64,000 bases of DNA from Chrysomallon squamiferum (GCA_012295275.1 CM022665.1:8432001-8496000); one strand, 5' to 3'. Positions 13,761-28,378 are shown, numbered from the stretch's first letter. Translations and numbers: made by a program. Notes: generated from the letters alone by a model not told the origin.

Positions 13761-16700
13761 TTGAGACAGATATGTGGTAACTTGATTGTGTGAAATTAGG
13801 TGAATAATTACTTTATCCTTTAGTAATAAACTCCTTTAAAATACATTTCAATGAGACAATATTAATTGTTATTACATGTATTATTATTGAAATACAAAAT
13901 ATTTGTAAATATCATTAATAAAAACATTCAAGCTTAATATTTTTTATTAAAAAGACATTAATCACCTTTCTTTTTTTTCTTACAGAATATAACAATTTTG
14001 AGAACTGCTCTTTATGCTGATAATGAAGATGTGAGATCAGAAGCTGTTGGAGTTATATGTGGAACTTTAAAAACATCAGGTTATTATGACATTTACATCA
14101 GATTTTTAATGTTTTTTAGTGTTGGTAATTCTTTCATTAGGTTATATCTTGAATTCATTAAAGAAATTTTAAATTCAGAATTTATATGCTTTTTAAAATT
14201 ATGATTTTACAACAATTATATTACTAATCAGACATATTATTCTCTTTTGATTTTGGAAAGGTAAAATATAAATTCATAATAAATAGTTTATGTATTCATA
14301 CCTATTTTGTACTGTAAATATGATAATTATATAAGTAAAAATAAAAAGAGGTTTTGGCCATTTTGAATGGTTTAATTTCTTTCTTTAATGACTTAATACC
14401 ACTTGCATAATAATTTTTTTCTCTTATAGAATGCCTGAGTCATTTAGAAATAGACTTGTTAAAGGCTGTTCTACCTCATTGTCTAAAGACTGATTCAGCT
14501 CCATTTCGCCAACAACTTGCCACAAATATACGTCTTCTTGTAACAAGGATCAGAGAAAGTTGTGTTACCAACTTGAAGAAAAATGTAAAGCTTGATGTTG
14601 TTGGTATGACATAAATACTTATAAATTTGGTTTATTTGGTTTGGATGTATCAAGTATAGATTGATATGTATCTTATACATTCAGTTTTTAATTTATTAAT
14701 GATTTTAGGATGAATCTAAAAATCTGTAAATTTCTGACTTTCATAATGGTTATTTTGTTATTTGTTTTAGACCACTTTTATTTTATTTCTTTTCTTGTTT
14801 TTTTTTTTTTTTTTTTTTTTGTTGGTGCTCTTGATTTTAGGCAGTTTTCTGTTTTCCTTCTGACATCCTGGAAATCATAAAAAAAAAATAATATAATTTG
14901 ATTTATATATTTATATTATGTAGTTTTATTATTTCAGATGAGTCCCTGGAATTTTTGATGTGGTTGAACAACATGTTGATTGAAAACACAACACCAGGTG
15001 TAAACTATCAAAGACGTAAAGCCTGTCTAGAAATGTTACTAGTCATCTATGAAACAACTATCTACAGTCCAAATGAAACCAGAAAGAAAGGCTATGTTGA
15101 TGGTTTGTATCAGTTTATTTATTTAATTTATTTTTTTATTAAATCAAGATCTAAGTTGATTAAGTATGATTTTATGTTTTGTTACCAAATGGCTATATAG
15201 CAATCCATTATCTATTAAGAATAATTATATTTAAAGCAGTAATATTAAAATAACCTAGTTATACTAGGTACCAGCAGCCTAGCTAAAGGTTTTTGCCATT
15301 TTCTCCCACATCAAGGAAATAAAGATCATTATAAGTTCTTCTAAATGGTGGTGGTGTTTTTGTTGTTTTATCAGTCCTTTGTAAAACAGTAATAAATGTG
15401 GTGTTATTGACAGCATTAAGTAGTAAGCCTAATAAAACATTGCTCTCCAAATGTCAGGCTTAGCTTCATGTGTGAAGTTCAAGAGTTATTTTTAGCACAG
15501 CCAGGAATGTTGCAGGTGTGATTTTTCTGCAGGTCATTGCTGACAATGACATGAATCAAAAGTTCTGTCCAGAAATGTACTTTTGCTTACTTGCAATACA
15601 AAAGTTTTCAAAATTTTCAGTAACCAAACAAAAGCTTATTTAACTGTCTTTCTTATGATGTGCACAACTGTGGAATGACATCACTAGTACATAACAGCTC
15701 TGCATGTGAAAGTATTTGAGATCCATGTGGTTCATCAGCAAGTAGTGATATTGGCAACATCAGACAATTTCAACAAATAGTGGAACCTTTTCAGTAACCA
15801 AGCATCAGACAGAATATAATTATTTATTGATTGAGACTTTTGAGATGTTGGGAATCCAGTTTTGAAGTGAACTGGGTAATGCATATTCTCAGCAAATTCT
15901 CCAAAAATGATGAGAATAGAAAAATTAATGAATAATGAAGGTTTTTAATTAATTTTAAGTGTCATTGATTAGAAATATTTTTGCACAGTATATTTCTCAA
16001 GGTACAAAAAATCTAATAGTGGATAATTCAACAGCTTTTTGTTATTATTTTTGTTTTTCCTGTCAAGAAAAACATTTTGTAGCTCAGTGTTATGATTGTT
16101 TACTTCTTTTATGAATTAACAACTTCGTTGATTGTTTACATTAACAAAAATAAAAATGCTGCAGAACTTTGTACCACACATGACATGGCATAACTGAATT
16201 CCATCTCCTTTTCACCTGCAGACTGATAGAGGAAGAAAAAATAAAGTAAAGAAAATCGTGAACAGACTTCTTGAAATATAAGCAGTAAGACATGAAAGGA
16301 GACAGAAAAATCTGTCAGCAAGTTCATAGGTAGCTCAACAATATTTCTGAAACTACAGACTTCAGATGAATCTGCAGACATTCTGTGCTAAAGTTGGATT
16401 GACACAAGCTTTGATAGATGGGTCATTGGAATATATAGATTTATCTTCAGACAGTTGCTAGATAACAGAACCTTAACATTTCTGCAAGAAGAAGCAGTTA
16501 CCATTTCATCAAATGCACCCCTGGCTTATCAAACTGAAGAAAGCATTGGGCAAGACAATGACAGTCATTTATTTTTTGGCAGGGAGAGCAAAACTTCTTT
16601 TAATACGAAGATCATACAAATTGCATGTCATTTGAAAGCTCTTAACAAATTATCAGCATTTAGTGAACATTTGACTCTTGGTGTCTATGAGTTGTACAAT

Positions 16701-19700
16701 TTATATATTCATTTTGAATATATTACATATAACTTAGTGTGGTTTTCAAATTTAAAAACCAATTTTAACAAAAATAATAAATTAAAAATAGAATGGAAAT
16801 AGACTGTTTTAATTTTCAGTGTTGCACACACATTGGCAAAAATTTGAAATTTTATATAAATTTTGTGACGGTGTTTTATTTTAAGAAATACGACATACTC
16901 TTCTCTATTAAACACAAATATTTTGATTGTTATTTCTTCTACAGAGTCTGTAAATTTATTGATTGAATATGCCAAGAGAAAAGAACTGTGGAATATTTTT
17001 TCAACTAGCAGTCTGTACAGCATACTTCATTGTGTGCTAGATGGGGCAGATGAGGTTTGTTAAATAGTTTAATTTTTTATTTATTTTACCTTTGTTAACA
17101 GTGTCTCATATATGTTTTTATATTTCTGACTATATCAATCATTTAGCTATGTCTGTGGCTGATCTTTATGAACATATTAGATAAAAACACATTAATAAAT
17201 TATGCTTGATGAGACTAATTACTACTGTTAAGTCATTGGTATGTATCTGTGTTTTGACTGACTTTGGATGGTTTGCCTGTTTATGGACAGCTGAAATTAA
17301 GAAAAAGTCAGTATTACATCAGACACTGAATCATTATAACAATTACTGAGCATCTAATTTAAAAAAAAAAAATTTTTTATTCTAAATGAATTAAAAATTT
17401 AAAAACTAAAAAATTGCTTTCTACTTATTTGTATACATTATAGATTCAGGAACTGGCATTACACATTTTAATGAAATATTATCCTTGGCCTATAAGAGCA
17501 GATTTTCCATTGGGTAATATATCAGAAGAGATGTTAGCCAGTTACTTGCTGGTCAAAGCATTAATATTATGCAATAGCCCAAGGCCATATGAAAGTCAGA
17601 GTGGAGCTCTTCTCTGCAAATTGGTTCTTGTCAAGTGAGTTGCCTTTTCAGTAACAATGAAATTAAAAATACAAATAATGTAGTTTTATACTTCTATTTT
17701 TATTAACCCCACAAAACTTTAGAAAAATAATTTTTTTATAATGATATATTTAACTGTTGAAAACATTTTTCAGATATGTTAAAGATCATGGGACAGTGTT
17801 TAGCAAGTGCTGTGATGTTGAAAATAGTCTAACATTTACACAGAAACAAGAGAAACCAGAAAGTGCTGTTGTGAAATTCATCAAACTGTTGACCTGTGAA
17901 GTCAGTGAACATTTAAATACTGCAAGATACCATCCAAAATTTGCAGCTAAACAGTATCCTATACATGGTAATATATCTTTAATTTTTGTTTTATTTCATT
18001 TATTAGTATTATTGTTTTATTAATTTTTATTCATTTATTAACATTATATCATTTTTTTTTGATAATTTGACATTTTTAAATACTGACTATTACTGAATCA
18101 AAGACATTTTTGATTTAGAAACATAGAGGAAAACCTCTGCCATTTGATTAGCTGCAAAGTAAGAAACATATAAAATGGCTTTTGCTACATTATATCAGAA
18201 TAATGGTTGATACAGGAGAACACCCAGTTGATTATGCATTGCAGATTATTCCTGTGACACAGGCCATGTTTATCTGTCTGTTTTCCTTTCTTTCAAGGGT
18301 TGATGCAGGCCATCACTAAATGCCTGGAGGAAATAAATATGGTGATCTCAAGAGATGTTGAGCAGTGCGAAGAAGTCTTGATGGAAATAATTTCTGTAAA
18401 TATGAAGATTATTGATTTAATGCTTTCAGTATTGAGTGGAGGAATAAATTCAGGTAATTTATTTCATTCCATTATTCTTTAAACATGTGACTAAAATATG
18501 TTTTTATAGTTCTTTAAGATTTAGTTACATTCATTCACAAGGCATATGTGCTAGTTTTACAATGTTTATTGTCATTTAAGGTCATTATGTCAGTTTACAT
18601 CAGACTGGTATAATTTAAACATTCTGCAATTATAACTTTTAAGCATGTGCTGTTTTATAATTTTTATACAATATTAACGACATTGTAAACCTTAAACTTT
18701 TTATAAATATATTTGAAATTATTATATTTCAGACATATGTCCTTCTTTTGCTGAGATGGGAACTGCTCTGGAAAATCTAACAGATGAAGATGATGTAGAG
18801 TCTGCAACATTATCACCAGAGTTTCAGTTTCTGCTTTCATGGTGCTGGGTCAATCTGAAGGTGTTTAAATTTTTATTCAAGACTTTATTTACATCAATGC
18901 ATTTGTAACAATGTTTTTTTTCTTTTTTTTTTTTTTTTTTTTGTTTACAATGAAAAATTCAAGCAAAATAATAATAAGAAGAAGAAGATTATTTTTTGAA
19001 TTTGCAAAATCTAGATAATCAGTTGATTTTTCTCTTTTTTCAGACAAGTTGCACATGTCTAGGTGAAGTTGTTGGAAGATCTAGTTTGATGGGATTACGT
19101 TTAGAGGCTGAAATGATTGCAAGCATTGGTCAGACATTTGTTAGAGTACTCACACACTGTAGACACCGGGTAGGTTTACAGTGTAAATGTTAAGAGCAAA
19201 TCTTACAAGTTAATTTCATTAAAAAAACATTGTTAATAGAATTAGCAAATTGTTCTTTTAACATATCTAGTATATTTTTTCTTATATTTGTTTTAAATAT
19301 TTTTAAAACCTATAAAATGACTGTTGTGTGGAGAAAAAATAAACATATTTAAAATTGTGTTATTATTATTAATTATTGTTTTGTACTTACTATTTTTAGG
19401 GAGCTATCGAAGGTTGCAGGAGTGGATTGTTGAAATATTGTATCACACTTTTGTCATCTACAGACAAAAATATTTCCTGCATTCCAGCTAAAATGTTACA
19501 AGAGGTTTGTATAATATATGCATATAACTGAGATCTGTTTAATTTATTTTATACTTTGTAAAGAAAAGTAAAAAGTTCAAAACATAAAATCATTAATTTA
19601 TAAGACATATTTTACTTGGGCTTAATTTACCTTTAATCATCTTCCCTATGAAACATGCATGTACTGAAATTATTGTTCATTTCATAATAAGAAATGATTT

Positions 19701-22433
19701 TTCAGTTCTGAGACACAATTTAATATATGAAAGGAAATTTAGCAGTGTGCAGTGTATTTCTAATTTGCACAAACCTTTTTTTTTTTAGGTTTTATCCAGC
19801 TTGGAAAACAACAGAATGTCAAGTTCTGTGACAAGAAGGTCAGCTGGTCTTCCTATCATCATACAGACTGTCACAAAAGCAGAAAAACAAGTGAAACAAG
19901 TAAAATGTTTAAAAGAAAACATAATAAAATGCATTAACATGGTGTTACATCTAATAATATTTAGAATACTATATTACAATTGGACAGGTTTTGTGTAAAA
20001 TGTATTAGATATTATTTAAACCAGGCGAATAAGTAATTCTAAAATGCTCTGATTACATTCTATGAAATTACAGATAAATTGAATTGATAACTACAGTAAA
20101 CAGTTTACCAATTTAATATACCAATTTGTATTTTTAGTGTTATTTTTCCTTTTTATGAATGAAAATAGTGGAGAAAGTATTATTGTTCAAAAACAATTCA
20201 GAACACAATTTCTGAGACACCTTATTATATAATCTATAATAAAGATTTCTTTTGGTAATTTTCTTTTTATAATTATTAATATCTTGTTTCAGCAAAAGTT
20301 GTTAATCCAAGCTATCAACACCTTGTTGAAAGTGGCATCCATGCCTGTCCAGACAGAAACAGATCAGACACAAGACATTTCTCAAGTTCATGCACTGAAT
20401 ATTTTAAAAGTTCTCTTTGGAGATGCCAGCTTAGTAACTGGACTACTGTCATACTTCAGTAGAATTGTTGTTCTGGTCATCAGCTGTTTTGAGTCCCCTT
20501 CCTGGGCTGTTAGAAATGCAGCAACACAGCTGTTCAGTGAGAACTGTTTATATTCATGTTTTATACTGTAATGTGACTTTTTAATGTCTTATTTGTTATT
20601 TTCTTTATTATTTTAAACATAATAAAAGAAAAAAAAAAAAGAAAAAAAAAAAAGATCTGATATCTTAGATTACCATTCACAGATTAATGTTATTCTGTAC
20701 TTGATTTATGATTACTAATTTGAGTATTTTCCTAATGTTTTATTTTCCCATAATTTAGGGGGAGAAAAAAACAAAGATCTAATATCAAAAATCATTATGT
20801 ACAGGATACTGTTATTATAAATTTAATTTCTGTAACTAATTTCATTATTTCAGAATATAATTATTTTGGAACATTTTCATTCATATTGCTTATATTATTA
20901 TTAAAAAAATTGTTTCTATGCTATGCAACAGGCACAATGATAAACAGAATATTTGGTCAGAAGAACAAAAGTGAATGTGGCCAAAATAGGATGACACTCA
21001 ATGAATTTGATTCATATTATCCAGAATTACTTCCCTTCGTTCAGCAAATTTTTGATGAAACTCTTACTGACATAGACAGTATTGAAAAGCTTCATCCATC
21101 CTTGTTTCTTGTCATGACATTACTTGCTAACATGGGACCTACAGACTCAAAAGAGAATTCATCAAGGTAAAATTTATATAGCACATTTTTACAGATACAC
21201 CATTCTGCCATGATTATTTATTCATTATGCTGGTACTTTGCTTCAAAGAGCTCTTTCCTTTTTTTCACAACTTTATCAGTACCTCCTTATAATTATTGCT
21301 TATAAATATTTTTTAAATTGATAAATAGACATTTCCTTATTCTTTTCAACTTATAATTATAGATTTGAATTTGAATTCAAAAAGAGGATCTTAATTGCTG
21401 CACAGAGTCCAGTCTACATACTGAGAGAATTGACAGCCAAAGCTTTCTGTGCTGTGGTGCCTATTGACTCCATAACTCAGGCCATGCAAGATCTTATTCA
21501 GCAAATTCCAATCTCCCAGAAAGAACTAAAGAGTAGCAATCATCTACACACAAATCTTTTGTGTATAGAGAAACTTTTAAAAAGCCACACATTATCAGAG
21601 GACAAGTTGAAAGATTTTTTGACTGCATTCTTAAAAAGAAGATGGGTCATGGAGTGTTCAAAGAGTCTGCTTTTGTCAGCCAAATATATCCAGATTGTAC
21701 GGATAGTGTTACATTCCTTACCTATGTCTGATGAATTGATTGCAGAGCTTTCAAAACTCTTAAAACGTGCTTTCATTTACTTGAAACATTTTACTAAAAA
21801 GGTTGGTAAAAAAGAAACAGATATCATTTAATCTTTTTACTCCATTCATCGATAAATGAGACTATGAAATTATTGTTATTTCTTTAAATGATATTTTCAT
21901 TTAAGTAAGTGGTCAAACAAAATACTGACAGACTTAAATTTTAACTTATTCTAATATACAGTGAAACAAATGAAATATACCTTAGTTTATGAAAATATGG
22001 ATAAACTGATGACTGTAATATCTAATCTGCACTAACAAATTATACAACATGTTAAAAAAGATTAAGCTTGAAAACCTATTATGAAAAAAGGATGGATCAG
22101 ATATAAACACATAAAATCATGTTCAATCATGATTTATTATTAAAAAAATAAACAAACCATCAACATAGCCTTTCTTTCTGGTTTCTTTTGGACTGTAGAT
22201 AGTTGTTTCATAGAGGACTAATAACATTTCTTGACAGCCTTTACATTTTTGATAGTTTAGTGTTGTGTTACAGATATAAACAGATCATCTTCTGTTTCAG
22301 TGAAATTATTATTTATTTATTAATTATAATTATTATTGTTAATATAATTTGGGTTTATGAGGTTTTTTTGAAAGCTTTTAAATACTTGGCACTAAAATTA
22401 ATGTTTAATTACAGTTTTACGCTTTAGTAATAA

Positions 22434-22477
<44 letters not shown>

Positions 22478-25400
22478 TTTATTTTTTTCATGTTTATCAG
22501 TATCAACAGTTTATAAAAAAAAAGAATTGTTTTCTTAGTTTCAGATAGGTGAGAATGCCATGGCAGAAGAACTTGTTCAAACCACATTTGTTTTGATGGT
22601 GAAAAGTCCTGCTGAATTATCTCAGTGTTGTAAGGAATATCTTTCATCTAACCTGGGATTTCAGACAGTGTGTCTAACCTGCTTACTGAAACTGTGTGTG
22701 ACAAATCAACATTTGTTTGATTCACTGATGCAGAATTTACAGGCAGGTTTAACACTGATTTGTTTTATTTACAGTATAAGTACTGAAACATAGATTTGAT
22801 TTGCCAAGGTGCAGAAAATCCAATAGATAATTCAACAGCCTTTTGTTACTATTTTTGTTTTGATTTTATGATTTATTCTTTGGAACCAGCAAATCTACAT
22901 ATTTTTAGGAATGTGATGAATAAAACAAATATGCAGTGATATATAGTAAGATATTAAAAAAACTGGTTCCATTATGTACATAATTTACAGATGATTTGTT
23001 GTAACAATAATCATATCATGAGAGAATATATTTGTTTTTATTGATCTCTTTTTCAGTATAATTCTTGTAGATAATGATTACACTATAATTTATTTGTTAA
23101 ATATGTAGGAAGTAATTTGGTTACTAGTCAGAGAAGAAGTTTCAATATCTGTGATACTGACAGCTTTAAGTGTCATCACTGAACAAGGTTTGAGGAATAC
23201 AGAAACATTAAAATGTCCTCTAAGTCAAAATGATTTCTATTACTTGGAGAAGGCCTTCAGTAAAAGATCCAGCATTATAGCAGCTTTACTTCCAGCAAGA
23301 TCTGTATGGGTCAGAAATATTGTAACCTATCCGGAGACAGCATATAATGATTCCTTGTGAGTAATCAGTTTCAGTGTTTCATTTGTTATAATAAGAAGCT
23401 TTATAACTAATATACAAATTTCCTATTTTATAGTTAAGATGAAATGAGTTTATTTTCACACAAAGTTAAAAAATTTAACATAAGTTATAAAACCAGTATT
23501 CATAAAAACATAATTGTGTAAAAAAAAAATGTCTTTCTTACTTTCTATAATTTGTTAGTATATGTTAGTATTTGGTGCATATTAACCAGTCATCAATTTA
23601 CCTGTTTTCATAAAATAAGTTACAATATTTTATTTCTTTCACTGTAAAATTTTAATCTTTCAGTAGTTTGTTTTTGACCACTGACTTAAATCAGAATATT
23701 ATTAACTGCTAATCATTTAAAGAAAAATAATAATAATAATTACAGATTGTTGCCTATCAATGAATGGTGTGAGAAGATCAAATGGGCTGCTGGATCTCAT
23801 CAAAATGAAAATTTACGATTAGCATCTGCTCAGGCATTGGTGATATGTGGCAGTGACTTACTACAGTTTTGTCATACTTCACAACTTTCAAAAATAACAG
23901 TTTCAATAGTCAGGTAGGTAAATAAAAGATTACATTGTCAAATTGACAGTGTCTGCAGAATTCATTTATTTATACAAATATGTTTACATTTCCTTAATAA
24001 AGACATTTAAAAAAAATAAAAATAAAAATTTAGTAATATTCAAAATGAACATGCTTAACAGATGTAAGAATGTTTTAAATGGATGATTGACTCATGTATG
24101 TATCATGTGCTGATTGGAAATTGTCACTTTTAAATTTTCTATATATTTTACAGCTTATTGGATGCTGCTGTGACTTTGCTAGAAGATGTTGATACATCCA
24201 TTAGAAAAATGACTGCAAAGTTTGTCAGCAAATTGCAGTGGCCTGGGCAGGAGATACAGGTAATTGTGGACATCTATTTAAAATAAGAAATAACTATATT
24301 AGAAAGACATATGAAAGAAAACTAAACTTCATTATATATTATAATAAAAATACATTTAAAAACTAAGATAAAGTAATACGTTTTCCTGAGCAAATGCAAA
24401 AATAAGATCATCCCTTCGTCAAACCTATATTTGTTTTTTCACTACTTATACATTATACATGTAATTATGTTTCTTTAATTATAAAATAGAATGAATTACA
24501 TCAGATTAATTTATCTGAAATATAATTCTTACTGTTTCCAGTTTGATGATCTCAACTGCTCCATTAGCTTAGAGGTAATAAGAGTTGTTTTCATTTTATT
24601 TGTATTGTTTCATTTTCTTTTAATTTTGTTTTCTGATGAAAATAATGTCAAAGGAATATTTTTCTTTACTTTTCTGAAGATAAAAAATGTTTTATTATTA
24701 TTAATAAATTTGAACTGCAAATGTTTAATAAATTAAGTTATGATTATTAGTGCATATGAAATTTTGCATAAAACCAACAACACTGTATTATCATCTTTGT
24801 AATGTTCTGTTATTTTTACAATCTGTTATATTCTTCAGTTCCCCTTTTTAATCTTCAAGTTGATTAAATAAAATGAATGCTTATATCTTCACTTTACAAA
24901 CTGTTACAGATTTTATTCAAATATGCTGCTGATACATTTTGGTGGTCAGAAGCTTTCATAGAATATTTGCTTCAAAAGTTATACAAAAATGGTGATCTGA
25001 GAAACAGTTTGGAAAAGAGGCTGAATTCAGGGTTGGGTTTATATTATGTAATAAATATTCACATCACTAATAAAATCTTTTCTGAAAAATGCATGCATGC
25101 ACACAGATATGCATATGTAGACACACATACATTTAAGTAATACAGCTGGTATAACATGATAACACAAGAATATTCTGTCAGATACTTTATAATGTTTTAA
25201 TACTTTTTTCTACATTGCTTTAAAAATTGCAAATGTGTTCCTTTAATGGTACAGAAATTTAATTTATTCAACATATTTTACAGTTTGACACATTTGTTCG
25301 AGCAGACTGACAGTAGTTTTTATGCAGAGACTTTAATAAGGAACACTGAAATATATAACACATTGAAGGTATATTATTTATTTTGATCCTAATACTAATT

Positions 25401-27038
25401 GTTGCAGCTATTATGCTGCAGTGAATCAATGAAACACTGATGTAATAATATTAATAACTACCATGTAAAAATGCAAAAGCAATAAATATAAATACTAAAT
25501 GTATCTGAAAAAGTAACATTTTAAATCAGTGTTAACAGGTTCATATATGAAGTTATTACAGTAAATGAAATAGTTCTTATAATATCTGTTCCAGTGAATA
25601 TATACAATGCTAATTTGTTTTTTTTTTCTGCTTAGTTTTTTCCTGTTTGGAATAATTGGGCACTTTTGTAAACTGAAACTTATCATTGTGTAGTTTATAT
25701 TTGAAAATGTGACAAAACAGAGTGCTTTTCTAATTTCAAATCATGACAATAAAGTTTAGATTTTAAACAATACTAGACATGTAGCCATGCTTTTACCACT
25801 TGTAATTAATAATGCAAACTGACAGAATCACATGATTTGGCAGAGGTAATGTTAAACATAATTAACCACAAATTATTTAGGACTTCTCTGTAATGAACTG
25901 ATGGAACATCTAAATTTTATTTTATTTTTATTCAGAGAATATTAGATGTAAATAAACTGGAATCACAGCACTTTGATAAAAAAGATGTTGATGATTTGCA
26001 TGAAGAACTGAAGAAGTGTATTTCTGTAATAGATGAAGATACCAAAGGTTAATTTTAAAAGGAACTGACTGTTTAGATAAAGCAGTGACAACATTTTGGA
26101 AATGCAATTATATTTCATGTAAAAGAAATGATAAAATATATGTTTGACATAATAACTATTAAGAAAAATTTGCCAAATAATCTACATACAGTAATAATTA
26201 TTATCAGTGAAGACAATTTACACACTATTTTCTGTCAAGATGTTGTATTAAACTACATGTAAATACTTAATATATTTTTTAAACAAAACAAACATTAAAC
26301 ATCTCACAGTTTAACATGGAGAGATAATTATTTAATGAGATCTGTATGAACTTTATTTTGCAGCTAATCCACTGATAAACTTGACTGGAGAACCATCTGT
26401 TATAGAAGCTTTTTCTGGTGCATTAATGAAAGCTGGTATCATTGTACTGTATGGGGAAGTAAAACCTTTACAAGTTCAGTCTCTTGGAACTGAGAGAATA
26501 AAGGATCTCATCTCCCATCTGTGTCAGGTTTGAGGATGCTCTATTTTCCAGTCAGTGATTTCATTTTAATGACTGTGACTGTTGTATTTACCCATTTTGA
26601 CATACAGTCTTTTTTTTACTGTTTTGATTTTATATTTAAATGTACATTTGATGTACCATTTTGTTAAAAATAATATAGTTTTAGGTAAAAGATATTGTTG
26701 TTTAAAAGAAACAAGAATTGAATTTCTGATTTTTAAAAAAAATTGTTCTTAAGTAAAAATACTATAGTACCACTATTAAAAATGTTTTATATTAATTTTT
26801 CAGAATACATAAATTAATTTGGAAGAGAAAGTCATTTACATGAATAATATAAAGGTAGAAATGAAGGGTAAAAAATGATAAACTTCTGTAAAATGTAATA
26901 TTAATGATGTAATCTAACACATCAGCATTTCATTCCTTTCTTTTTTCTAAAATAAAAGCATATTCATTATTATTTTTTTTTTTTCAGTTGAAAAACATGC
27001 ATCCCTGGATTTACAAGGTTGTACAAACTATAAAATGA
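8347..27038 (+). CDS. THADA: THADA / Trm732 homolog (ARM-repeat partner of the tRNA 2'-O-methyltransferase FTSJ1), ~1850 aa
   Basis: 34 phase-consistent exons: 8347-8432, 8883-9054, 9450-9558, 9892-10049, 10423-10560, 10841-10961, 11319-11926, 12219-12328, 13047-13136, 13510-13711, 13986-14079, 14430-14603, 14938-15102, 16945-17054, 17444-17634, 17774-17967, 18298-18453, 18733-18860, 19044-19169, 19400-19504, 19789-19899, 20293-20536, 20932-21166, 21363-21801, 22545-22742, 23109-23356, 23746-23913, 24154-24259, 24542-24574, 24910-25031, 25284-25368, 25936-26047, 26364-26527, 26988-27038 (total 5553 nt). Diagnostic DUF2428-region motifs: CWVNLK, CRHRGAIE, VTRRSAGLP, VHALNILKVLF, SPSWAVRNAATQLF, INRIFG, LHPSLF. 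An in-frame TAA lies just upstream of the ATG at 8347. Confidence 0.93.
12434..12820 (+). repeat. Local direct duplication (~100 bp x2) in a THADA intron
   Basis: aatatgcaagtaaaca...taaataattaagtta...tattctgca..tg.aaaaaa occurs at ~12434-12530 and again at ~12712-12820. Confidence 0.7.
15250..16800. mobile_element. Possible heavily decayed insertion (TE or pseudogene relic) in the largest THADA intron
   Basis: The 1.84 kb intron (15103-16944) is much longer than the other THADA introns. It is GC-richer than they are and has broken ORF fragments with no recognisable domain. Confidence 0.3.
20650..20870 (+). repeat. Degenerate tandem duplication (~122 bp x2)
   Basis: aaagatct.atatc....at.....t..acag..ta.tgttatt...tt.attt.tg..actaattt...tattttc begins at ~20651 and again at ~20773. 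Confidence 0.55.
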
Positions 27039-28378
27039 TGTTATGAAATTTCTGTCCAGCCTATATTTATTATTACTTATGACCAAGACTGAAATTATAT
27101 ATGTATTCTAAAAAAGAATAGTAACTTAAATGAAATAGATAATTAAATTTTAATTACTTATGATGTGTCTGTTTTGATATTTAATGTGATTTTTTGCATA
27201 TCCCTTGGTTCCTGCATGATTGATTTAATGTTGTTTTTTAGTTTAATACATTGCTCATTTTTTAAATGTCTGTTTTTACATCTATAACATACTTATGAAG
27301 GATTTACAGCTTGCACACATAGCAGTGTCTTACAGATCAGTTATGTTTGTCACTGTAATTTCATTTTGACATTTGTGTCCATCTCAGTGAAACCCTAATT
27401 TCTAAAATCATGGATCCATGTATATAAATCAAAGATTTTGTTGTGGTATACTTACTTACTTAAGACGAAATTAAAATCAAGTATTTTCTGTCTTTCGTGA
27501 AATAATTTATTTTCATCATTTTGATTTCATTGTCCTGAAAAGTGATAGTACAAAATATACCAAACTAACAAATGTTTATATAAGAAACATTATCATCTCT
27601 AAAACACATAAGATATATTCAAAAAAAGATTTGTTGGTATACATGATCTGATAAATTGTATAAAGTCAAACACATAAAAACAGCTTATACAAACAAAAAA
27701 ACAAACATTTGTTGTGATAAGTAGGACATTTAAATTTTTCAGATACAGTAATAGTATTAAAAACATTTAGCTAGTCTAATACATGACCATAACAAATGTA
27801 GATTGCATTAGTTGACAGTTCCATATAATGGAAAATTATTGTGTAGTATCCATTTAAACAAATTATTAAATTAATAAAATGGGTTTAAAAAATTTCATTT
27901 AACACAGCTTATAAAAATATAATGCTGATCAAAAAACTGTAATTTCATCAATTATAGAATTATTGTCATCTTTGCCCTTTTGTAGTTAAAAACATTTTCT
28001 TTTGATTTTGCTTCTAGTAAAATAATTTTAAAATGTAATTCAAATAAGTAAACTTCCACTTCCTTTTTTCTCTCTGTGCTTACCACACAAAGAGGATGCT
28101 TGAAAGTTCAGTGACACAAACTATGTCTTAAAAACAATATATCATGGCTTTAAAATAAACAAATGTTTTAAACAATCATTTGTTTCAGTTTCAGTTAGCG
28201 TGATAAATATCGGATGCTCAAATTTACACATAAATTGAAAAATATGTTTGCTGTAATACATATATAATAGTATTTTCTAAAATATTTAATTTCATGTACA
28301 AATACTTTTCATTTAATAGAGAGTATAATAAATAAAAGCCTTTAGTAAACTTTGCCATTTAGAAATGTTTAAGCATTT

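Noticed and set aside
17200-17300. Possible box C/D snoRNA (TTGATGA...CTGA...CTGA) in a THADA intron
   Set aside because: The terminal stem is weak and I could not recognise rRNA or snRNA complementarity. Such short boxes are common in AT-rich DNA; a snoscan or Infernal run would be needed.
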